A DNA stretch of 55,465 nucleotides from a virus. Lineage: Duplodnaviria; Caudoviricetes. Below the pieces are notes generated by a model that ran no database searches, had not been told where the DNA came from, and saw nothing but the letters and a program-made list of their open reading frames with translations. The position numbers were made by a program, and so were the translations under genes. Below, in pieces: positions 49,400-55,465 of the stretch; position 1 is the first letter of the stretch, and each line of letters opens with the position of its first letter. Location of the stretch: the IMG/VR virus record IMGVR_UViG_3300022827_000009, positions 1 to 55,465 of that record. One strand, written 5' to 3'.

Positions 49400-49681
49400 A
49401 TGACAAAAAGGATTTACTGGGCAGACATCATAGTTTGCGAGGACCAACTGTTTGAAAACCTAGACGCATTAGTTGCCGTAGCAACTGAAACACCAGTGGT
49501 TTTTCTAGGTTCGTGGCACACAGACAACATTCTCGTTAGCGCCGAAATCAGAGATGGTTTAGAGCTAACTTGGACAGAGCTTGACTGTGACGAAAACGAC
49601 AACGACATACGAGTTCTCAAAATTGAGTCTTTCACCTACAGCGTTTCTACAGAGATGGCAGTTCTAGTAGGGAGCGACTAA
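49400..49681 (+). CDS. Small acidic early-type protein
   Basis: TGCTACTGT -10; AAAGGAGA RBS. Confidence 0.7.
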   Translation: MTKRIYWADIIVCEDQLFENLDALVAVATETPVVFLGSWHTDNILVSAEIRDGLELTWTELDCDENDNDIRVLKIESFTYSVSTEMAVLVGSD

Positions 49682-50445
49682 TGCCGAACTGGGTATCGAA
49701 CAGCGTTAGGGTTACAGGACTCGAAGCCGAGGTTCAGAGATTCATAGGGCAGGCAAAAGCTATGCCAAATACTTTTGTTGAGACAGACGAGGACAAGTGG
49801 GATTCCGAACTCTCATTCGCCAACTTTATTGCGCCACCACAGGAAAGCATTGACTCGGGAGAATACCACGAAACCAAAGGCTGGGTTGGGGGCAAGGAGT
49901 CTGGCAACTCAGAGAATAATTGGTATAACTTCAACAGCCGAGAGTGGAACACCAAGTGGGACGCTGGCGAGGTTTCTCTAACAGCCGAAGCAGCAAGCGC
50001 CGACTTCGAATTTCACACACCTTGGTCGCCACCAGAGCCAGTTTTCAGATCTATGGTTGAGCAGTTTCCTGAGCTACAGTTCGCCATTTCATACGAGGAA
50101 GAGCAAGGCTGGGGTGGAGAGTTGGTCGGTGCAAAAGGCGAGCTGGCTATTGTCGAGGAATACGACATTCCAGATTCTCACGCCGACTATGTTGGTCGTG
50201 ACAGAGAAGATAGTTGCGCCTGTTCTTGGGCAGAGGATAAGGACGATTGGTATGACGATTGCCCGAACAAACGAGAAATCTTTGTTCAAGTTACAAAGGT
50301 GTATCGTCTTAGTTCGAGCGACCCAACAGAAGCGAGAGCCGAATACTTAGAAATTGAAATGGGCGAAAAGAAATTGCCTGTCGAAGAATCTGACTTGGGT
50401 TCGTTTGTTCTCGTAGACGAAGATGGTAAGCCGCTACAAGACTAA
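49681..50445 (+). CDS. DUF1281/YubB ferredoxin-like domain protein
   Basis: MPNWVSN, WYNF...WNTKWDA, FHTPWSPP and FPEL.F...Y.EE..GW.G. Confidence 0.75.
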   Translation: MPNWVSNSVRVTGLEAEVQRFIGQAKAMPNTFVETDEDKWDSELSFANFIAPPQESIDSGEYHETKGWVGGKESGNSENNWYNFNSREWNTKWDAGEVSLTAEAASADFEFHTPWSPPEPVFRSMVEQFPELQFAISYEEEQGWGGELVGAKGELAIVEEYDIPDSHADYVGRDREDSCACSWAEDKDDWYDDCPNKREIFVQVTKVYRLSSSDPTEARAEYLEIEMGEKKLPVEESDLGSFVLVDEDGKPLQD

Positions 50446-50456
50446 TCACAAAGATT

Positions 50457-50484
50457 GACCTCACTTCGGTGGGGTTTCTCTTTT
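50457..50484 (+). terminator. Intrinsic terminator
   Basis: GACCTCAC-TTCG-GTGGGGTT followed by a T-rich tail. Confidence 0.75.
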
Positions 50485-50492
50485 GCCTAAAG

Positions 50493-50513
50493 TTGTATTC
50501 ATTTTTTCTTGCA
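50493..50513 (+). repeat. 21-bp motif TTGTATTCATTTTTTCTTGCA upstream of early promoters
   Basis: Identical copy at 54583-54603; 15-nt core at 49232-49246; degenerate copy near 55094. Confidence 0.8.
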
Positions 50514-50635
50514 GGTTTTTGCCGTTACCAAACTGTTACCAAACTTTTCACGAAACATTTGACATTCCCTCTTTTCTGTGGTTGTATTTACCTATCGCCA
50601 AAAGGTGAGAGACACGAAACGAAAGGGGAAGTCAA

Positions 50636-51274
50636 ATGACTTCATTAGCAGTAACAGCAGTAGCACCTAAGATTATTGGCAAGGCAGTCTACCTAGAGTT
50701 GGTAGTAAACCCTGCACTCACTCCCGACCAGCAGAGAACTGTTTGCGGTTGGCATGGGGCAGCAAGTAGCACGAAACAGATGATTATCTTTCCTCAGTAT
50801 CAGGACGATACTGGCAAAATTATGCAGTCAGTTGTAATGACCAGAACTGTCTCAGAACACTCGCCTAGAGCGCAGTGGGATACCAGCTACACCAGAGGCT
50901 TCGCCAAGTTGGACGAACCAGACATGGAAGTCGTTAGTGGACACCACTCGGACTACACAAATGTAGAGCATTACTCGAAAGAGGAATTTGACGAGCTTCC
51001 AATACTCCAACAAGTAGCGTCCAGACAGCGCACTTTGGCGCTAACTTTGAAGCGTGAACTACTCGGCACAGCTTATGGCGAAGTCATAAAAGATGAGCCT
51101 GAGAGTTCCGTAGTCCAAGCTTGGGTAGTTCGTGACGATACTCCACTTGCCGTTGAGATTACCAACGAGGACATGGCACTTTTGCATGACGAAAGCAAGA
51201 CACCTCAAGCAGTTATTCGCCGAATAAATAAAGTTCGTGAATCAGTCTTGACATTTCCAAACAAACTGGCATAA
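50636..51274 (+). CDS. Hypothetical early-type protein
   Basis: TTGACA at 50559; AAAGGGG RBS. Confidence 0.75.
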   Translation: MTSLAVTAVAPKIIGKAVYLELVVNPALTPDQQRTVCGWHGAASSTKQMIIFPQYQDDTGKIMQSVVMTRTVSEHSPRAQWDTSYTRGFAKLDEPDMEVVSGHHSDYTNVEHYSKEEFDELPILQQVASRQRTLALTLKRELLGTAYGEVIKDEPESSVVQAWVVRDDTPLAVEITNEDMALLHDESKTPQAVIRRINKVRESVLTFPNKLA

Positions 51275-51320
51275 TTAGACCAGACACAAAACGACACGAA
51301 AACTAAAGGGAGACACGAAA

Positions 51321-52391
51321 ATGTATCTAAAAAAGAGTATTTATCTAGCACCAGCACCAACGCTCAGTAGCACCTTGGACTTTGACAAGCTTATGACAGA
51401 GCTATCGTCCACAGTAGCACTACCAACTTTGGGCGTGACTACCTCGGTTCTTGATACCCTAATGCGACCAGAGGGCAGGGCAACACTTCGCTCGAAGGCA
51501 GGGGCAAAAGCAGTCAAGCCACTTGGGATAGACTTGGGAGCAGAAACCCCAAGCCTTGCGGAGACAGTTGAGATAATGGAAACCACAGAATCGCTCGAAG
51601 GCTCGGAGAGTTATCCTCGACCAAATGGTGAGGACTACTATGCTCGACCTTGGGGCGAACACACAGATGTTGAAGTCCTAAGAAAAGCCAGAGCCGAAGG
51701 TCATGCCATTTTACTTTATGGAGTCCCAGGAACAGGCAAGACAGCTTTAGTTGAAGCTGCTTTTCCAGAGGAACTTTATACCATTCTTGGCTCAGGCGAT
51801 ACTGAGGTTGCCGATTTGGTCGGTGGCTATGTCCAGACTCAGAGCGGTGGCTTTGAGTGGGTGGACGGAGTTTTGACCAGAGCTGCTTCTGAGGGCAAGG
51901 CACTTCTGATTGACGAAATTGGGTTGATTGACCCGAAGGTAATGTCAGTTGTTTATGGGCTAATGGACGGAAGGCGTGAGCTAGTCGTAACTCAGAATCC
52001 AGAGCGTGGCACTATCAAGGCTAAAGAGGGCTTCTATGTCGTTTCAGCCACGAATCCAAATGTCGCAGGTGTTCGTCTGAGTGAGGCGCTTCTATCGAGG
52101 TTCGCTATTCATGCCGAAATGACCACAGATTGGGCGCTTGCTAAAAAGCTTGGCGTTCCACAGAGTGCCGTAGTTGCTTCTCAGAATCTATCCAAAAAGG
52201 TAGAGAATGGAGAGACTTCATGGTCACCACAATTCCGAGAGCTTCTAGCTTTCCGAGACTTGGCAAAGAGTTTTGGAACTAAGTGGGCAGTTCAGAATCT
52301 ACTTGCCAGCGCACCAGAAATTGACAGACCAGTTGCCTCAGATGTATTTGGTCGAGTATTCGGCGAAGCGATAATGCCAGCCAAGATTTAG
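51321..52391 (+). CDS. MoxR/CbbQ-type AAA+ ATPase
   Basis: GVPGTGKT, LIDEI, ATNP and LSEALLSRF motifs. Confidence 0.9.
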   Translation: MYLKKSIYLAPAPTLSSTLDFDKLMTELSSTVALPTLGVTTSVLDTLMRPEGRATLRSKAGAKAVKPLGIDLGAETPSLAETVEIMETTESLEGSESYPRPNGEDYYARPWGEHTDVEVLRKARAEGHAILLYGVPGTGKTALVEAAFPEELYTILGSGDTEVADLVGGYVQTQSGGFEWVDGVLTRAASEGKALLIDEIGLIDPKVMSVVYGLMDGRRELVVTQNPERGTIKAKEGFYVVSATNPNVAGVRLSEALLSRFAIHAEMTTDWALAKKLGVPQSAVVASQNLSKKVENGETSWSPQFRELLAFRDLAKSFGTKWAVQNLLASAPEIDRPVASDVFGRVFGEAIMPAKI

Positions 52392-52519
52392 TTGAGTATT
52401 CGTGTCCTCGACTAATGGGGAGTGTCAGGAAAGTTTTTCTGAAATGGACTTGACACTCCTACCCATTAGGGTGCATAATTAGACACAGCACAGAAACGCC
52501 GACAAAAGGGAGATTCAAA

Positions 52520-54361
52520 ATGGCACACTACAAAGTAAAGAGTTCAAGGCTTACAAGTCGAGAGACTACAACTAGTCCAGAGTGGCTAAAAGTTGGAAGC
52601 CAGATAAGCAGATTTGTCAATGACCTATCGCTTCGAGGCGACCTAGTTGTATTCGTGGGTGGCGACGAAGTTGCCGAGGGCGAAGCAGTTGCGGCTTACT
52701 ACGCCGACATAGCCGAGATTGAGATAAACGCTTCAAAGGCGTTCGGTGAAATTACTACGCCAGAGTTCGTTGGAGATTTCAATGAGCGCACAGTCCAGTA
52801 TGAGTTCCCAATGGCAACTGGAATCATTTTTCACGAAGCACTCCACGCCAAGCACACAGCTTGGGACACAAACTACTTGCAGACTCAGCTAGACAACCAA
52901 GAAGGTCAAGCCTTCATGTTGTTAGAGGAATCCAGAATCGAAGCCAAGGGCGTTCTTGAGCGACCACTAAACAGAGAGTTCCTCAGAGCCTCAGCTTTGG
53001 AAATGGCGCTCGAAGGCGTGGACGAAAAGCAACTGGCAACTCTCGGTAGCGACCTATGGGTCGTTGCGAATCTTGCAGGGCTATCGCTTGCTCGGTATGA
53101 CGCCAGAGTTTTGGACAGGTCAGATGTCATAGACATTTACAAGATTGTTGTTTCCATTCTCGGTGAAAAACTTTATGAGGATTTGCGCCTAGTTTGGGTT
53201 GCGTTCCAAAAGCTCACAGTTCCACAGGTCGAAGAAGCTATTACGCTTGCTAAGAAGTGGGTCGAGCTATTGCGTGAGGCAGACCCCGAAGGTGAGCCAC
53301 AGGGAACAGGCTCAGCTTTTGAGCCAAGCGAAGGCGAAGGCGAAGGCGAAGGCGAAGGCAAGTCTCCAAGTGAAGGCGTTCAAAAGTTGCTCGATAAAAT
53401 GAGCGACCAAGGAATGACCACAGAGCTTTCAGCTAACGACAAGTTGGCAGACCAAGAGACTCAAGAGAAGTGGCAGGACGAAGCCAAGGCTCGCCAAGAG
53501 GAATCCAAGTCCAAGAATCAGAAACAGGACACAGCTCGCAAAATCTTTGACAAGAGCCATAATGCAACTGGCTCAAGCTCAAACTCGACAGTCAGCGAGC
53601 GCCGAGCGCCAACTGGCGCAGAGCGAGCCAGCGCAGTCAAGGTAGCGCAGATGTTGGACAAGGCGAAGTATCGTGAGCGTTCGGTTCATGTTCGCAAGAC
53701 TCAAGCGCCACAGGGTCGCCTGATTGCTCGTAATGCCGTCCAGAATAAGGCAAGCGAAGCTATGGGTCGCCGAGGCGAACTACCAGCTTGGAAGTCGAAG
53801 TCTCGCAAGCACACAGACGACCCGACACTACGCCTTGGTATCATGGTGGACATTTCAGGGTCAATGGGTTCTGCTATGCAAGCTATGGCGACCACAGCGT
53901 GGGTTATGGGTGAGGCAGGTCGCCGAATTCAAGCCGAGACAGCTATGGTTTACTACGGCTCGGGTGTATTCCCTACTCTCCGCAGAGGTCAGAGGCTAGA
54001 CGAAGTTTCTGTCTACACCGCACCAGACGGAACTGAAAAGTTCGGCGAAGCTTGGAGCGCACTAGACGGCGAACTTGGACTGACTTTTGGGACAGGCGTG
54101 AGAATGATTGTCAATGTATCGGACGGACAATACACACCTCAAGAGCGTGAGAGAGCTTTGGCTATGCTCACCGAGTGCAAGCAAAACGGCGTGGCAGTTC
54201 TTTGGATTACTCCAAAAGATTGCTACGGCTCACCAGCGAGCAACCTTATCCGACAGGCGAACTGGGGCGTGCATTTAGACCAGCTCGACACCGCTCAGAT
54301 TGCGTTGCTAGTCGGCAAGTCGGCAAGCGAAGCTTTGGGAAAAGTTGGGGCAAGCGCCTGA
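52520..54361 (+). CDS. VWA-domain partner of the MoxR ATPase (CobT-like, with N-terminal HExxH)
   Basis: FHEALH...EESRIE; MIDAS DISGSM...T...SDG; (EG)5 linker. Confidence 0.85.
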   Translation: MAHYKVKSSRLTSRETTTSPEWLKVGSQISRFVNDLSLRGDLVVFVGGDEVAEGEAVAAYYADIAEIEINASKAFGEITTPEFVGDFNERTVQYEFPMATGIIFHEALHAKHTAWDTNYLQTQLDNQEGQAFMLLEESRIEAKGVLERPLNREFLRASALEMALEGVDEKQLATLGSDLWVVANLAGLSLARYDARVLDRSDVIDIYKIVVSILGEKLYEDLRLVWVAFQKLTVPQVEEAITLAKKWVELLREADPEGEPQGTGSAFEPSEGEGEGEGEGKSPSEGVQKLLDKMSDQGMTTELSANDKLADQETQEKWQDEAKARQEESKSKNQKQDTARKIFDKSHNATGSSSNSTVSERRAPTGAERASAVKVAQMLDKAKYRERSVHVRKTQAPQGRLIARNAVQNKASEAMGRRGELPAWKSKSRKHTDDPTLRLGIMVDISGSMGSAMQAMATTAWVMGEAGRRIQAETAMVYYGSGVFPTLRRGQRLDEVSVYTAPDGTEKFGEAWSALDGELGLTFGTGVRMIVNVSDGQYTPQERERALAMLTECKQNGVAVLWITPKDCYGSPASNLIRQANWGVHLDQLDTAQIALLVGKSASEALGKVGASA

Positions 54362-54377
54362 ACTAACCCATAACGGA

Positions 54378-54493
54378 TTGCCTATCCAGAGGTCGAGCTA
54401 CCCTCAGTTACCGTTTTTCTGAGAATAAGTTCCTGACGGATAGGTAACAGAAACCCCAATTACCTTTACCCCCTTTTTGGTAGTTGGGGTTTC
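54378..54493 (+). ncRNA. Candidate structured 3'-UTR or small RNA with a C/U-rich loop
   Basis: TTGCCTATCC/GGATAGGTAA helix with an inner CTCAG/CTGAG hairpin; 15-bp hairpin at 54450-54493 with loop TTTACCCCCTTTTT. Confidence 0.45.
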
Positions 54494-54713
54494 GCCATAC
54501 CCTGAGATTTGTTTCCAACTGCAAAGCCCGCACCTTTTGACCGCACATGAAAAGTCAAGCCCGCAGATCTCGATACCAAAATTTGTATTCATTTTTTCTT
54601 GCACTTTTTCGATACTTCCAATGAGGCTTCCCTTTTGCTAGATAACCCTGCTAGTATTGGAGTATCCAATTAGGGCGAAACAAAAGTAGCCCAAAAAAGA
54701 AAGGGGGGACAGA

Positions 54714-55046
54714 ATGGCGACAGCCACTTCGTCCCAGACAGCGTCAGAAGGCACTGTCAAAGTTTCACGACAAATCGTGGAACTAATCAACGAGCTTTCC
54801 GAAGTTCGTTCCACCTACAACACAGCGAAGGCTCGTGTTGAGGAACTCCGCAAGGAAGTTCTATCGCAGGTTGGCAAGGCGAACTTGACCCTTATCCACC
54901 ACAACATTGAGGTGGCTCGCATTATCGAGAGCAACCCAGTTCGTGTCGATTCAAAGTTCTTGGAAGAGAATTTTCCAGAGGCGTATGAGGCGTCCTTGAC
55001 CTCGACTCAGCAGTTCACCATTCGCTCGGTCACACGAACGAAATAA
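54714..55046 (+). CDS. Hypothetical early-type coiled-coil protein
   Basis: AAAGGGGGG RBS; VDSKFLEENFPEAY motif. Confidence 0.7.
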   Translation: MATATSSQTASEGTVKVSRQIVELINELSEVRSTYNTAKARVEELRKEVLSQVGKANLTLIHHNIEVARIIESNPVRVDSKFLEENFPEAYEASLTSTQQFTIRSVTRTK

Positions 55047-55048
55047 CC

Positions 55049-55080
55049 AGAAGGGGTTGGGCGAAAGCCCAGCCTTTTCT
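55049..55080 (+). terminator. Intrinsic terminator
   Basis: AGAAGGGGTTGGGC-GAAA-GCCCAGCCTTTTCT. Confidence 0.75.
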
Positions 55081-55195
55081 CACCACCAGTTCCGTATCCA
55101 CTTTTTTATTGGAGTCCCGTAAAAACTTCACATCAGAGTTGCAAAGTTGCACCAAGTGTGATTAGATAGACACATCAAACGAAAAGGGAGACAAA

Positions 55196-55465
55196 ATGAA
55201 CGCACCACTAGAGCTAGAGGACATAGCCGGAATGAGCCTGTCAATAACAGGCGTGCTAGTCGAGAATTATTTGCAGAGCGGTTATGCCGACCCAACTATG
55301 TATCGGACATTGAGAGCCGTATCTGAGCTTGCCGAGCAGTATAAGGAACGGCTTGCGCTAAATGGTTCAGCACCAGACGACTTACTAGAAGCCGCAGATG
55401 AGCTAGTGAACAGCCTGAAGGTTACCGCTATGGAATGTGGCGAGATAGTCCAGAAGATTATCGAG
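55196..55465 (+). CDS. Hypothetical early-type protein, partial
   Basis: AAAAGGGAGA RBS, ATG at 55196, open to the end of the window. Confidence 0.7.
   Translation, partial: MNAPLELEDIAGMSLSITGVLVENYLQSGYADPTMYRTLRAVSELAEQYKERLALNGSAPDDLLEAADELVNSLKVTAMECGEIVQKIIE

Noticed and set aside
53330-53359. (GAAGGC)5 repeat as a phase-variation switch
   Set aside because: In-frame hexamer encoding an EG linker, typical of CobT-like VWA proteins; length changes would not frameshift.

Overview
A 55 kb segment of a large double-stranded DNA phage that probably infects an Actinobacterium. The host inference rests on WhiB, a DUF3039-like protein, a PIN-PhoH (PhoH2) fusion, the class Ib nrdHIEF operon and pervasive leaderless promoters. 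Layout: (1) 1-1 kb, the start of a minus-strand virion block with a collagen-like G-P-T protein. (2) 1-36.5 kb, nucleotide-supply and accessory genes: nrdHIEF, thyX, dUTPase, PhoH2, a DEDDh exonuclease, a DUF1599-like protein, a serine recombinase, an HNH protein and two secreted proteases. This part also holds about a dozen 2OG-Fe(II)/JmjC-type oxygenases (two more lie at 44.6-45.8 kb and are included in that count), four paralogous GCSxTxG SGNH-like proteins, a carbamoyltransferase, a GT61-like protein, a cytidylyltransferase and an FAD oxidoreductase. (3) 36.6-38.6 kb, an M23 lysin. (4) About 40.1-40.5 kb, an origin-like non-coding region. (5) 43-47.4 kb, a palindrome-rich block with a terminase-small-like gene. 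(6) 47.4-55.5 kb, an early-type region with its own promoters, AAGGGAGA ribosome-binding sites, a MoxR/VWA pair and marked avoidance of restriction-type palindromes. The most notable unannotated signal is an RNA layer. Several structured non-coding segments, some with their own promoter and terminator, display single-stranded U/C-rich loops complementary to the phage's own early-gene ribosome-binding sites, while about 20 other genes appear leaderless and would escape such repression. There is also a tRNA-like gene with an aberrant anticodon arm. All family assignments come from motif recognition by eye, not database searches.
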